The notes under the pieces: generated by a model | What the model was told of the DNA's origin: nothing | Databases searched by the model: none | Seen by the model: only the letters and a program-made list of their open reading frames with translations | Part shown: positions 10,501 through 19,782 of the stretch, piece by piece | Numbering within the stretch: position 1 is the first letter of the stretch | Layout of the letters: every line of letters starts with the position of its first letter | Program-made: the position numbers and the translations under genes | Assembly: GCA_038230695.1 (NCBI GenBank) | Contig: JBBRMT010000003.1 | Span: 1 to 54,247 of the forward strand | Reading direction: 5' to 3' | DNA length: 54,247 nt | Origin: Chloroflexia bacterium | Lineage (GTDB): Bacteria; Chloroflexota; Chloroflexia; QHBQ01

Positions 10501-12454
10501 GCCAGAGGTCACACCCGGCCCTAATGACAGTTCCATCTATCAATCGCTAACCGTCCCCAACGGCAGCAGCGCTCTCAACTTCTGGTACTTCCCTAGCACA
10601 AGCGAAACCATCACCAACGTATGGCAGGATGCTTACGTCGAAGACTCCAGCGGCAATATCCTCGCTACGGTGCTGCACGTCGCTAGCAACGACCTGACCT
10701 GGGATAACGTCACCTACGATATGAGCGCTTTCGCGGGACAGAATGTGCGTATCGAGTTCCTGGTACACAACGGTGGGGTGAACTTTGATACCTATATGTA
10801 CCTCGACGACGTTTCGCTGACTGCATCTTGTATCACGCCCAGCGATACTCCAACCTTGACCGCCACCGATACCGCAACCAGCCCGCCAACTGACACGCCC
10901 ACTATTACCGCTACCCCTACACCGGGCCTGCCTACCCAGATACCCACTGTAGACACCACCACACCCAGCCCCACTCCTTGTGTTGATGTCATCGTTAATG
11001 GCGGGTTCGAGACCGGCGACCTTACCGGCTGGACGGTAAATGGCTCCAGCCAGCCCCCGTTCGTAGTCTCCTTCCCTCACAACGGTAATTACTCGGCGGC
11101 GCTTGGCGATTTCGGCGGCGCACGCGCTGGCAACAAGGGTCGTTTGCCGAACGGCGCTGTGCCATTGCCCCGACCAGAAGTCACCCCCGCGCCCGGTGAT
11201 AGCTCGATTTACCAGCAGGTCAACGTCCCCAGCGGCAGCAGCACCCTTAGCTTCTGGTTCTGGGGCAACACCAGCGAAACGCTGCCCAACGTCTACCAGG
11301 ATGTCTACGTCGAAGACAACCAGGGCAACATCCTCGCCACCGTGATGCACGTCGCTAACTCCGACAACACCTGGGAGAATGTCACCTACGATATGACCCC
11401 CTTCCTAAACCAGGATGTACGCATCGAGTTCCTGGTACACAATGGCGGTGCCAACCTTGACACCTTTATGTACGTGGATGATGTGGCGTTGACTGGCCCA
11501 TGCACTTCGCCCAGCGAAACGCCAACGCTGACTGCTACCGATTCACCGACCAGCACGCCGACCGCCACTGCCACTGAAACAGCAACCAGCAGCGCGACTG
11601 CCACTGCTACAGCGACTAACAGCGCAACTGCGTCTGCCACAAACACGGCCACCAGCACCGCGACTGCCACGGATACAGCGATTGCCACCGCTACAGCGAC
11701 CATCAGCGCAACAGCGACCGCCACCGCATCCAGCACACCGTTGCCGCCCACCAATACGCCCACTGGCACGCTAGTGCCAGCCACTAACACCGCCACGGCC
11801 ACCAACACGCCAATCGGCACGGCCACTATCGCCCTACCCAGCCCCACACCAACCGACTGCCCCAACCCGTTTATAGACATCAACGGCAACGTCTTCTACA
11901 CGGCTATCCATTATCTCAGTTGCCGCAATGTGGTTCACGGTGTGGATTACATCCACTACGTGCCAGCAGGCACTTCGACCCGCGGCCAGTTTGCCAAGGT
12001 AGTAGTGCTCGGCTTTGGCCTACCGCTCTCCACGCCGACTAGCGGACAATCCTTCACCGATGTGCCGCCCAGCTACTTCGGCTACCTCTTCATCGAGAGC
12101 GGCCATAGCGATGGCATTCTCCAGGGCTATACCCTGGCCCAATGCGCTGCAGCGGGCGCTGTGTATCCTTGCTACCAACCCAACCGCTTCATCACCCGCG
12201 CCGAACTGACCAAGCTGGTAGTAATTGCCGCCGGGTTCACACCGGCAACCCCGCCGAGCGGACAGGCATTCACCGACGTGCCGCCCAGCTATTGGGCCTA
12301 TGTCTACATCGAAACTGCGTTTGCCCAGCACGTAGTGGGTGGCTACCCCGACCATACCTTCCGCCCCGCCCAGCCCATTCGCCGCGACGAGATGGCCCAG
12401 ATTGTCTACAAGGGTGTCATCTCGCCCAGCCGCGTCCAGTGGCAACGCCCTTAA
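7508..12454 (+). CDS. Large secreted multidomain SLH-anchored surface protein (CBM9/DOMON-like domain, beta-rich passenger, two CBM4/9-like repeats, Thr/Ala linker, C-terminal SLH domains)
   Basis: GTG start after a purine-rich RBS and a signal peptide ending ASA. PVVDG...EYG/WDATNLYIA motif, two 'NGGFETG' domains and SLH repeats at the C-terminus. Confidence 0.85.
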   Translation: MNKRQAGAKWLNLLLVSMMIMAVVGGLPASAAPSAQPSSQLADQPPTANHSVNAAPVTLAHEDSRLPAPLASTAAAATLTHEDSRLPASAMRPATFHTPVVDGVINAGEYGSDVNGQNQQTSGSTVWHMTWDATNLYIAISGANVGEGAVVYIDNHPLTPINGGTNADGTNVGYNYDGTNFAALQFRADFVTYIKSSYREYRTANGANGWSGPTAGYGSYADNSGTNTRELAIPWTAINASGLPSSFAWFGYITSPGGFVYGPAPTANAGGTIGASARYERYYAVNDTSNTSNATYPFAHDSYVFNNTANESNFGAISVWDFTMNSPGLSIIRTSGGGGQWNIADYLRVDNGSVGFGTATTPAIVGGDVYMGSNGSITLSTAIGGDISIGGNFTDVNTSGPWQPQNRTVTFDGVTTQTITLGTLNNLYENMPYLVVATPLLNCVRGNGLSIAYTLTINAGADFAPDCQIFAGSDIVNNGTLAPSYSFQMYNYDSLLHTFTNNASFLPTGPNFDLQGFTDNDFLVVNNAGGNFNAGVAGTQFRIYGNTTFTGTNLYFGNLYINNSPANNVLTGTNGTIFISSYFNAYGTYRGQSGTVVFNGNASLFSSAGGDIQLHDISVPSGNSMAMGLSGALLKVDGNISNLGAISDLTNVDAVNFNGSTAITGGGATQFGSVNISSTLTAPSNVMNVTGSFTNTGTFTANGGTVYMSGNGNSHNLALNVPTTFNNLTVDTNALLIETVSANNATVAGTLSNLGTIQKTQSVSGGGNVDFGLTAVSMNVTTVGNLTKLQIDRVDRNHPNAPPNIQTGRYWGISTGTLGSNPHGFSGMVDLTLFHNNVPNPQACQYTGFGTNWNCAANSYTSSTVTRNAVDANTLMSIWAVGSPLPTVTPTIPPTDTPTDTPTDTPTATATLTNSLPTAIPSDTVVPSPTPCSPEQVQNGGFETGDFTGWTVNGTNGPPAVYNFNPHTGTYSAALGDLPLNRRTGKGASPSGPVPGSRPEVTPGPNDSSIYQSLTVPNGSSALNFWYFPSTSETITNVWQDAYVEDSSGNILATVLHVASNDLTWDNVTYDMSAFAGQNVRIEFLVHNGGVNFDTYMYLDDVSLTASCITPSDTPTLTATDTATSPPTDTPTITATPTPGLPTQIPTVDTTTPSPTPCVDVIVNGGFETGDLTGWTVNGSSQPPFVVSFPHNGNYSAALGDFGGARAGNKGRLPNGAVPLPRPEVTPAPGDSSIYQQVNVPSGSSTLSFWFWGNTSETLPNVYQDVYVEDNQGNILATVMHVANSDNTWENVTYDMTPFLNQDVRIEFLVHNGGANLDTFMYVDDVALTGPCTSPSETPTLTATDSPTSTPTATATETATSSATATATATNSATASATNTATSTATATDTAIATATATISATATATASSTPLPPTNTPTGTLVPATNTATATNTPIGTATIALPSPTPTDCPNPFIDINGNVFYTAIHYLSCRNVVHGVDYIHYVPAGTSTRGQFAKVVVLGFGLPLSTPTSGQSFTDVPPSYFGYLFIESGHSDGILQGYTLAQCAAAGAVYPCYQPNRFITRAELTKLVVIAAGFTPATPPSGQAFTDVPPSYWAYVYIETAFAQHVVGGYPDHTFRPAQPIRRDEMAQIVYKGVISPSRVQWQRP

Positions 12455-12478
12455 GCTGTAGGCGGCAGACAAAATAAT

Positions 12479-12514
12479 AACGGCCCCGCAGCGTAAAGTT
12501 GCGGGGCCGTTTTC
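12479..12514 (+). terminator. Rho-independent terminator between convergent genes (probably bidirectional)
   Basis: AACGGCCCCGCA-loop-TGCGGGGCCGTT followed by TTT. Confidence 0.85.
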
Positions 12515-12545
12515 TTGGTTATGATGAGCATTGCCATAAGTCAAC

Positions 12546-12570
12546 AGGGCGGGATAAATCTCGCCCCTAC
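12546..12570 (-). repeat. GTAG-family REP palindrome
   Basis: Minus strand reads GTAGGGGCGAGATTTATCCCGCCCT. Confidence 0.8.
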
Positions 12571-12585
12571 ATCTTCATTCATAAT

Positions 12586-13368
12586 TCATAATTGTTTGTA
12601 CAGTTCAGCCAGCTTGACCAGCGCCAGCTTGAGATCGTTGACCGTCACCTGTTGCATTCGCTCCAGGGCGGCACCCTCTTGTCGGATGGTGTAGGCAGGA
12701 TGGAAGGTGGCGATTGCCCAGGCTATATTCTCGTTACTGGGAGGGGTGGCAGGCGGAGCAGCGACGGGTGAAGCGTCGAACATCGAAAGCTGATTCTCGG
12801 CAGAGGCAGAGCCCGCCTTCAGGTCGCTGCCAGCGCCGGTGGGTAGCATGGTGGCGGGGATGGCCGGACCAGCGGCGGGGAACCACTGCCCGCGTTCCAT
12901 CGTCATCTTGAAGTCGCGGTGGATCACCTGGTTGGCGGCGGTTGCCCCCAGCGCAATGATGATGCGCGGTCGGATAATGTCAAGTTCGACGCTGATCCAG
13001 CGGTTGCAGGCGCGGATCTCTACCGCTGTCGGGGGGCGGTTAGTCTTGCGGTTGCCCTCCATCTTCAGCGGGCGCGACTTGACCACATTGGTAAGCCAGA
13101 CATCCTCGCGGCGGATGCCCGCCCCCCCCAACAACTGATTGAGTAGCTTGCCGGAGCGACCCACAAACGGGCGGGCCTCGCGGTCTTCATCCTCGCCCGG
13201 CGCTTCGCCCACAACCACGATTGGCGACAACACATTACCCTCGCCAAACACCATGTTGGTGCGGGTTTTGTAAAGTTCGCACGCCTGGCAGGCAATACCC
13301 TCGTCGCGCAGGCGAGTCATACGCTCCAGGATCTGCTGGGCCTCGGCTTGTGGGTTGGCGCTTGTCAC
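12586..13368 (-). CDS. Uracil-DNA glycosylase, family 4-like
   Basis: CxxC, VFGEG, VGEAPG..ED...PFVGRSG, TNVVK, LGATA and TFHPAY motifs. Confidence 0.9.
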   Translation of the reverse strand: MTSANPQAEAQQILERMTRLRDEGIACQACELYKTRTNMVFGEGNVLSPIVVVGEAPGEDEDREARPFVGRSGKLLNQLLGGAGIRREDVWLTNVVKSRPLKMEGNRKTNRPPTAVEIRACNRWISVELDIIRPRIIIALGATAANQVIHRDFKMTMERGQWFPAAGPAIPATMLPTGAGSDLKAGSASAENQLSMFDASPVAAPPATPPSNENIAWAIATFHPAYTIRQEGAALERMQQVTVNDLKLALVKLAELYKQL

Positions 13369-13370
13369 GG

Positions 13371-14453
13371 CTACTGCTCCTCAATCGGTTGGGCAGCGGT
13401 TGCATCGGCAGGCAGTTGCTCGGCGTTCACCATCGCCAGGTCGTTAATCAGGCTGTTCATCGCCACCGCATAGAGCGATTGCAGAACGGGGTGTTCGCCC
13501 GGCTGCACCATATTGAACGAACCAGCGGCGAAGTTGGCAAGTTCGGCCATATCGCGGAAGCGTTGCGGGTCGTTCTGCTGCGCCCAGGCAGCCAGAGAGC
13601 GGAGGTCGGCAATCACGCGGGCGATGCGGGCCTCGTTATAGCGCAGGTTGATGGTGGTCTCCATCATCTTCTGCTGCTCCTGCTTCTCCTCGTCGTTGGG
13701 CTGCTCACGGCCTTCAGCCTGCGCCTTCTGCGTCATAGCGTAGATGCGTTGCGCGTCGTTCTCCAGATCGTTAGGCGGCGGCAACACGTTGTTCAGGTTG
13801 AGGAAGTTGACCAGGTAGGCAGTGCGGCCAAGCTGGCGTGCCATCCCCTCACCGTGACGTAGCAATAGGCGGGTATTGGGTTTCACCTCGCTGGCGGGTG
13901 GGATGTTTGCCATCATCTCTTGCATCTGGGCAAGTTGCTGGGCGGTATCCTGCATGGTCTGTAGCGCCATCTGCTTGAGCATAGGGTTGTCGCCTGGTTC
14001 CATCGTTTCCAGGCTCATCAACGCCACTGCCAGCACCGCAGCCTCCACGCTGTTCGGGTCGGTCTGCACCAGCACCATAAAGAGGGCAATTCGGATAGAC
14101 TGCTTTATCTCCGGTGTGGTCAGTTTCGCCACAACCTTGCCTAGAGCAACATCGAGGCTGGCGCTGATCTTGTCCTCTTCGGCGGCATCCTGCGCCCGCC
14201 CCAGCTTGTCGAGGTCGCGGCTGAGGGTTTCGAGCAAAGCGCCAGCGGCAGCCAGGTTGGGATAACGCAGGCTGGGGATTTGCGGCACGATCACGGGTAG
14301 CTGGGCGATAAAATCGGGCAGCGTATCGGGGCGGATCGCTTCGATGATGGACTTGACGGCGGCATCAATCTGGCTCTCCAAATCGGCAAGCTGCTGCTCG
14401 TAGCTGCGCTCGGCGCTGCCGGTTTGCTCCCCCATAATTAGGTCAGAAGACAT
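13371..14453 (-). CDS. Hypothetical all-alpha protein
   Basis: 360-aa ORF with AAGGAG RBS and an upstream promoter, 2 nt from the UDG start. It has an internally repeated 'M.PG(D/E)(N/H)P.L' motif. Confidence 0.75.
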   Translation of the reverse strand: MSSDLIMGEQTGSAERSYEQQLADLESQIDAAVKSIIEAIRPDTLPDFIAQLPVIVPQIPSLRYPNLAAAGALLETLSRDLDKLGRAQDAAEEDKISASLDVALGKVVAKLTTPEIKQSIRIALFMVLVQTDPNSVEAAVLAVALMSLETMEPGDNPMLKQMALQTMQDTAQQLAQMQEMMANIPPASEVKPNTRLLLRHGEGMARQLGRTAYLVNFLNLNNVLPPPNDLENDAQRIYAMTQKAQAEGREQPNDEEKQEQQKMMETTINLRYNEARIARVIADLRSLAAWAQQNDPQRFRDMAELANFAAGSFNMVQPGEHPVLQSLYAVAMNSLINDLAMVNAEQLPADATAAQPIEEQ

Positions 14454-14483
14454 TCATTGCTCCTTGTATTGGTTTCTGGCTAA

Positions 14484-14512
14484 ACTATACCAACTGCGCG
14501 TGGCAATGTCAA
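14484..14512 (-). promoter_or_regulatory. Sigma70-type promoter for the 14453/UDG operon
   Basis: TTGACA-17nt-TATAGT on the minus strand. Confidence 0.7.
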
Positions 14513-14607
14513 CCGCAGGCTCTTTGGCATACAAAATGCAAAGCAGGCAATACGCAACGAAGCGGGGCGGTTAGAAAAACCGGGCCGCTTTGACTTTGTC
14601 CCACCAG

Positions 14608-14636
14608 TTGCGTAATAGGCGTGACTGTAATATAAT
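14608..14636 (+). promoter_or_regulatory. Sigma70-type promoter for the 14743 gene
   Basis: TTGCGT-17nt-TATAAT. Confidence 0.6.
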
Positions 14637-14742
14637 CAGTGCGACTAAGTTAGTTTGCAACGGGCGCAGCAGTGTGCGCCCGTATGCCAGTAATTATCTG
14701 GCATAAAGTGTTACTCTAAAGGCGAAAGGAGAAAGTTCCGCT

Positions 14743-16368
14743 ATGTCCACGAACAATCCGCCTGGTGGCAGCTTCGGCCAGGAAGTGCAGAACGCTGGCA
14801 ACGCCGCTGGCAACACCGCGCAGAACGCAGGCCGAGGCATCGGCAATGCGATGAAAGGTGCAGAGGGCGATGCCGCGCAAGTTGGTAGCAGCATGAAAAA
14901 CGCACTCGATACCAGCGACTTGCAACGAAATCTCGACCTGGTAATGAGGGCGCTACGGGTCGCGCTTGATCCGGCTAAGATACTGGTCGCCATTATTGCC
15001 ACCTTCCTCTGGAATCTCTTCCTGGGGTTGATTGGCGGTTTGGGGCGGGTGATTGACAAGCAGCCATTCGACTATAGCCAGGGCTTCAGTATTGTACCTA
15101 GTTTTAACGGCTGGGGCAATGCCATCTTTAGCATCATCGCCCTACTGCTGTTCGCGTTGGGTTTCGCTATCATCTTCGGCACGGTAGTGAAGATGTGCAT
15201 AGATGAACTTAAGACCGGACGCAAGACATCATGGACGGCGGCTCTTAGCTTCGTCTTCAGCAATATGGGCGGCTTTATGCTTGCCCCTATACTGCTTGCG
15301 TTGCTCTATGCCGCTGTGGTGCTGGTGGAGGAGCTGATCGGCTTGCTTGGCCGCACTGGAGTAGGGCCGATCCTTGGCTACATTCTGTTCATCCCGCTTA
15401 TCCTGCTCAACCTGGTGCTAGTGGTAAGCGTGGTTGGCGGCAGCTTCATTCTCTTCCCCGTTGTCGCTGAGGAACGCCACAGCCCACTCGACGCGGTTGC
15501 CCGCGCCCTCGGTCTTATCCGTCGTGCCATTGGCCCAGTGGTTATCTTTGCAGTCATCTACCTGCTGCTGCTCGGCCTGTTCACCGCAGTGCTAAATCAG
15601 CTACTGGGTTATGGCATCAATTTGACTCAGCAGGTTTATAACGGGGTTGGCCCTGGTACTAGCCTCAACCTGAGTGGTCTACCGCCGGGCATGACGGTAC
15701 AGCAAGCCTGCCAACTAGCGCCACAAGCCTGTGCTGGTGGAAACGTGGACTATGCTAACACCGGGGCAGCGCTATCCTGGGCAATTGGGTTGGTGAATGC
15801 AGCGGTATCAGCGCTAGTGCTTATCGTTATCCCCGCTGCTGCTGCCTCGGCTCTGTTCCTCGACCTTGCGCCGAAGTATCCGCCGCTGCCCAAGCCGGTG
15901 AAGGTAGCGCAACCGCAGCCACAGTATCAGCAGCCACAGCAGCCGCCTTACGGCCAGCAGCCACAGCAGCCTCCCTATGGTCAGCAGCCGCCTTACGGCC
16001 AGCAGCCACAGCAGCCTCCCTATGGTCAGCAGCCACCTTACGGTCAGCAGCCACAGCAGCCGCCTTACGGCCAGCAGCCACAGCAGCCACCTTACCAGCA
16101 ACCCCAGCAACCTCCCTACAACCAGCAGGTCTACAGCCCGCCAGCCCCGCCGCCTGCTTACAATCAGCCGCCTACGGGCCAGCAGGGCAACCTGCCCGAC
16201 TCCTTGCAGTACGGCCAGCCACCCTATGTAGCGCCAACGCAATCCAGCTACGCGCCGCCCACTACCCCGGAGAGCATCCCGCCGACTACTATCGTAACTG
16301 ATCAGTCGAGCAGCGGCACCTCTGGTAGCGGTGGTAGCAATGATCCCAACGCTAGCAACGGTGTCTAG
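14743..16368 (+). CDS. Multi-pass membrane protein with Gln/Pro/Tyr-rich low-complexity C-terminal tail
   Basis: GAAAGGAG RBS, about 6 hydrophobic segments and (QQPQ)QPPYG repeats. Confidence 0.8.
   Translation: MSTNNPPGGSFGQEVQNAGNAAGNTAQNAGRGIGNAMKGAEGDAAQVGSSMKNALDTSDLQRNLDLVMRALRVALDPAKILVAIIATFLWNLFLGLIGGLGRVIDKQPFDYSQGFSIVPSFNGWGNAIFSIIALLLFALGFAIIFGTVVKMCIDELKTGRKTSWTAALSFVFSNMGGFMLAPILLALLYAAVVLVEELIGLLGRTGVGPILGYILFIPLILLNLVLVVSVVGGSFILFPVVAEERHSPLDAVARALGLIRRAIGPVVIFAVIYLLLLGLFTAVLNQLLGYGINLTQQVYNGVGPGTSLNLSGLPPGMTVQQACQLAPQACAGGNVDYANTGAALSWAIGLVNAAVSALVLIVIPAAAASALFLDLAPKYPPLPKPVKVAQPQPQYQQPQQPPYGQQPQQPPYGQQPPYGQQPQQPPYGQQPPYGQQPQQPPYGQQPQQPPYQQPQQPPYNQQVYSPPAPPPAYNQPPTGQQGNLPDSLQYGQPPYVAPTQSSYAPPTTPESIPPTTIVTDQSSSGTSGSGGSNDPNASNGV
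15911..16125 (+). repeat. Coding tandem repeat encoding QQPQQPPYG / QQPPYG units
   Basis: Recurrent CAGCAGCCACAGCAGCC(G/T)CC(T/C)TA(C/T)GG units. Confidence 0.8.
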
Positions 16369-16390
16369 CCTGACCTTGCAGCAAAAGCCC

Positions 16391-16426
16391 AGCGGAGGGT
16401 GGCGAGATTTCTTGCCACCCTCCGCT
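16391..16426. terminator. Strong hairpin after the 14743 gene
   Basis: AGCGGAGGGTGGC...GCCACCCTCCGCT. Confidence 0.55.
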
Positions 16427-16429
16427 ACT

Positions 16430-16565
16430 AAGCCCCCAGCTTGGGGCTGGGGAGAAATATCGAACCTCAACTAATGCTGAAGGGCAGCTGTTTACCCAGC
16501 AATTAACAGCTACGTCGGCATTGAGAGGAGGCGGCATTTCTCCCCCTAACCCCCGCTGGGGGCTT
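16430..16565. mobile_element. ~140-bp MITE/REPIN-like element with ~27-bp terminal inverted repeats, copy 1
   Basis: AAGCCCCCAGCTTGGGGCTGGGGAGAA ... TTCTCCCCCTAACCCCCGCTGGGGGCTT. The same ends occur at 45649 and 46651. Confidence 0.65.
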
Positions 16566-16656
16566 TTGCGATCAGGTTCTGCCCTTGAACTTTGGCCTGC
16601 TATCTGCTAAGATAAACGGCAAGAGCAGCCCAAAAGACAAGGGAACGCATAACCAT

Positions 16657-16685
16657 AATCTGCAATCTGCAATCTGCAATCTGCA
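16657..16685. repeat. Heptamer tandem repeat (AATCTGC)x4
   Basis: Read directly from the sequence. Confidence 0.85.
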
Positions 16686-16698
16686 AAGGAGTGTCAAG

Positions 16699-17571
16699 TT
16701 GGCTGAAGCCAGGATAAAGAAAGTCGGGATTATCGGCGCGGGAACAATGGGCAACGGCATCGCCCAGGTGTTCGCGGTGGCGGGTTACGATGTGGTGATG
16801 CAGGACATCGGCACAGCGCAAACCGAGCGTGGCATGAACGCGATCAGCAAGAGCCTGGGCAAGCTGGTGGAGAAGGGCAAACTTAGCAGCGGTGAACAAG
16901 CCGCGACATTGGCGCGGCTGCAGACTACCACTGTGCTGGAGCAGGCTGCTATTGGCACAGATCTGGTGGTAGAGGCGGTGTTCGAGGATCTGCAAGTCAA
17001 GCGTGACACCTTTCAACGGCTGGATGCTGCCGCCCCACCCCACACCATCCTGGCGAGCAATACCAGTTCGATCAGCATCACCGAAATTGCCGCATCAACC
17101 AGGCGGCCAGCGCAGGTGATCGGGATGCACTTCTTCAACCCCGTGCCGCTAATGAGCCTGGTGGAGATTATTCGCGGCATTGCCACCAGCGACGAAACCT
17201 ACAAGGCAATCGAGGAGACTGCTAAGGCGGTGGGCAAGGTGCCAGTGGAGGTCAACGACTACCCCGGTTTCATCAGCAACCGTGTGCTTATGCCGATGAT
17301 CAACGAGGCAGTATTCTGCCTGATGGAAGGGGTTGCCAGCAAGGAAGCGATTGACACGGTGATGAAGCTGGGCATGAACCACCCGATGGGGCCGCTCACC
17401 CTCGCCGACTATATCGGCCTCGATGTCTGCCTCAACATCCTCGAAGTGCTGCATAGCGGCCTGGGCGACCCCAAGTATCGTCCCTGCCCGCTGCTACGCA
17501 AGATGGTGCAGGCGGGTTATCTGGGCCGCAAATCAGGGCGCGGCTTCTACGACTACAGCGCCAACGCATAG
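16699..17571 (+). CDS. hbd: 3-hydroxybutyryl-CoA dehydrogenase
   Basis: TTG start after [53 protein letters not shown] and GRKSGRGFY motifs. Confidence 0.93.
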   Translation: MAEARIKKVGIIGAGTMGNGIAQVFAVAGYDVVMQDIGTAQTERGMNAISKSLGKLVEKGKLSSGEQAATLARLQTTTVLEQAAIGTDLVVEAVFEDLQVKRDTFQRLDAAAPPHTILASNTSSISITEIAASTRRPAQVIGMHFFNPVPLMSLVEIIRGIATSDETYKAIEETAKAVGKVPVEVNDYPGFISNRVLMPMINEAVFCLMEGVASKEAIDTVMKLGMNHPMGPLTLADYIGLDVCLNILEVLHSGLGDPKYRPCPLLRKMVQAGYLGRKSGRGFYDYSANA

Positions 17572-17578
17572 TTTTTAG

Positions 17579-17614
17579 CCCTCTCCCTTCACGGGAGAGG
17601 GTTGGGTGAGGGTG
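17579..17614. repeat. CCCTCTCCC/GGGAGAGGG palindromic repeat family
   Basis: CCCTCTCCCTTCACGGGAGAGGGTTGGGTGAGGG. Related copies lie at ~31437, 32228, 33159, 34022 and 48608. Confidence 0.7.
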
Positions 17615-17672
17615 ACTCTCGAAGCGCATAGTTGCCTATCGTAACCACCCACAGTAGAAAGGGGATAAGACA

Positions 17673-18833
17673 ATGCAGTTTACCCTGACCGAAGAGCAGC
17701 AGGCCATCCGCGCCGTTGCCGCCGACCTGGCTGACAAGGAACTTGCCCCACGCGCCGCCGGTTACGACGAGAGCGAGGAGTTCACCTGGGAGAGCGTCAA
17801 GAAGCTGGCCGCTTCGGGCTTCCTGGGCGTGACCGTGCCGGAGGAGTATGACGGGGTGGGCGCGGATTATATCAGCTACGCGCTGGCGATGGAGGAGGTG
17901 GCGCGAGGCTGCGCGGCCACCAGCGTTACGATGACGGTGCAGAACTCGCTGGTAAACTGGCCGATTATGGCGGCGGGCAACGAGGAGCAGAAGCGCAAGT
18001 ACCTGCCCAAATTGGCAAGCGGCGAGTGGCTGGGTTGCTACGGCCTCAGCGAACCGGCGGTAGGCTCCGATCCAGCAGGCATGGCCTGTACCGCGACGCA
18101 GGACGGTGACTACTGGGTGATCAATGGCAGCAAGAACTTCATTAGCAACGGCGGGGTTGCCGATGTGGCAGTCATATGGGCAACTACCGATCGCAGCATC
18201 CGCCACAAAGCGGTTGCCACTTTCATCGTGGAGAAGGGAACGCCCGGCTTCAGCGCAGGTAAGAGCGAACATAAGCTGGGCATCCACGGCAGCAACACGG
18301 TGATGCTGTACTTCGAGAATTGCCGCATCCACAAGGATCAGCTACTCGCCCCGCCCGGTGAAGGTTTCAAGCTGGCGATGAAGACGTTGGATGGCGGACG
18401 CATCGGTGTGGCTGCCCAGGCGGTGGGCATCGCCCAGGCTGCACTCGATTATGCCGCCAAATACGCGCATCAGCGCACCGCTTTCGGTAAGCCGATTGCC
18501 GATCTGCAAGCCATCCAGTTCAAGATTGCCGACATGGCGACCCGTACCACCGCCGCCCGCCTGCTCACCCTTCAAGCTGCCGACTTCAAGCAGCGCAACT
18601 TGCCATACAGTGAGCAGGCGGCCATGGCAAAGCTGTTCGCCTCGGAGACGGCCACCTTTGTCACCCATCAGGCAGTACAGATTCTGGGTGGCTACGGCTA
18701 CCTGCGCGAGTATCCGGTCGAGCGTCTCTACCGCGATGCCCGCATCACCGAGATATATGAAGGCACCAGCGAGATTCAGCGCCTGGTCATCGCCGCGCAG
18801 GAGCTTAAAGCCCGACGGCCTATCGGTGAATAA
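17673..18833 (+). CDS. Acyl-CoA (butyryl-CoA type) dehydrogenase
   Basis: LSEP..GSD, INGSK.FISNG, KLGI, LDGGRIGVAAQAVG, QILGGYGY and ERLYRDARITEIYEGTSEIQR motifs. Confidence 0.95.
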   Translation: MQFTLTEEQQAIRAVAADLADKELAPRAAGYDESEEFTWESVKKLAASGFLGVTVPEEYDGVGADYISYALAMEEVARGCAATSVTMTVQNSLVNWPIMAAGNEEQKRKYLPKLASGEWLGCYGLSEPAVGSDPAGMACTATQDGDYWVINGSKNFISNGGVADVAVIWATTDRSIRHKAVATFIVEKGTPGFSAGKSEHKLGIHGSNTVMLYFENCRIHKDQLLAPPGEGFKLAMKTLDGGRIGVAAQAVGIAQAALDYAAKYAHQRTAFGKPIADLQAIQFKIADMATRTTAARLLTLQAADFKQRNLPYSEQAAMAKLFASETATFVTHQAVQILGGYGYLREYPVERLYRDARITEIYEGTSEIQRLVIAAQELKARRPIGE

Positions 18834-18857
18834 CACTAAGCAGAGGAGGATTACCAA

Positions 18858-19773
18858 ATGCCGAGGCGCATAACTCCGCTGCCGTACCCGTTGGCTGAGG
18901 TATTTGGCTATCCCCCTGATAATCTAGCAACTGCTGCACAAAACGTGCGGGCGCATCGCTGGTGTCCGTTCAACAATCCTTCTGGCGCAGATTGCACCAA
19001 AGACAAACGTGACGACCCGCTGGGGGTATGCTCGATCACTCATGGTAATGACCAGGTGATTACCTGTCCAGTGCGCTTCCGCGAAGATTACAAAATCCTG
19101 GATGATGCAGCCGCATTCTTCTTCCCTAACTTCAAACCTGAGCGCCCGCCACGAATGTTGTCCGAAGTTTCCCTCCCCGATAAAAAACGGCAAGTCCGCA
19201 GGCAACATAGACATTGTGCTGGCGATGCTTGATGAGAATGGCTACGTCAGCGACTACGGGGCGGTGGAGATACAGGCTGTATATATCAGCGGCAACGTGA
19301 GAGGTGTGTTCGGCGATTATATGACCCATCAAACCGACTACCTGAACCATTGGCGACCAGACGACTATCCACGTCCCGATTATCTTTCATCGTCGCGCAA
19401 ACGTCTTGCACCGCAACTGCTGTTCAAGGGCAGTATCCTCAATCAGTGGCAGCGCAAGATGGCAGTCGCGGTGCAGCGTAGCTTCTTCCGCACCTTGCCC
19501 ACCCTTCAGCCAGTTACTCCAGAGCAGGCCCAAATCGCTTGGCTGATTTATGACCTAGAACCAGACCCCAACGATAACCGCTATCATCTTGTCCGCACCG
19601 ATACAGTATACACGGAGTTCAAATCTGCTCTGAACACCATCACTACGCCAGGAATCGGTGATGAGCAGGATTTTATCAACAAGCTGCAAGCGCGGGTAGC
19701 GCCGAAGAAGGCTGTTCCCGATACAACAAGGCTAGCAGGATTGCAACCAATTGATAAGGATATTCTACCTTAG
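18858..19773 (+). pseudogene. NotI-family type II restriction endonuclease, frameshifted at the A6 run 19182-19187
   Basis: The N-part has a Cys4 cluster (CPF..CTK..GVCS..TCP.RF). Removing one A joins it to DKNGKSAGNID...EIQAVYISG...PDYLSSSRKRL in the 19102 ORF. Confidence 0.75.
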
Positions 19774-19782
19774 AGGCTCCAA

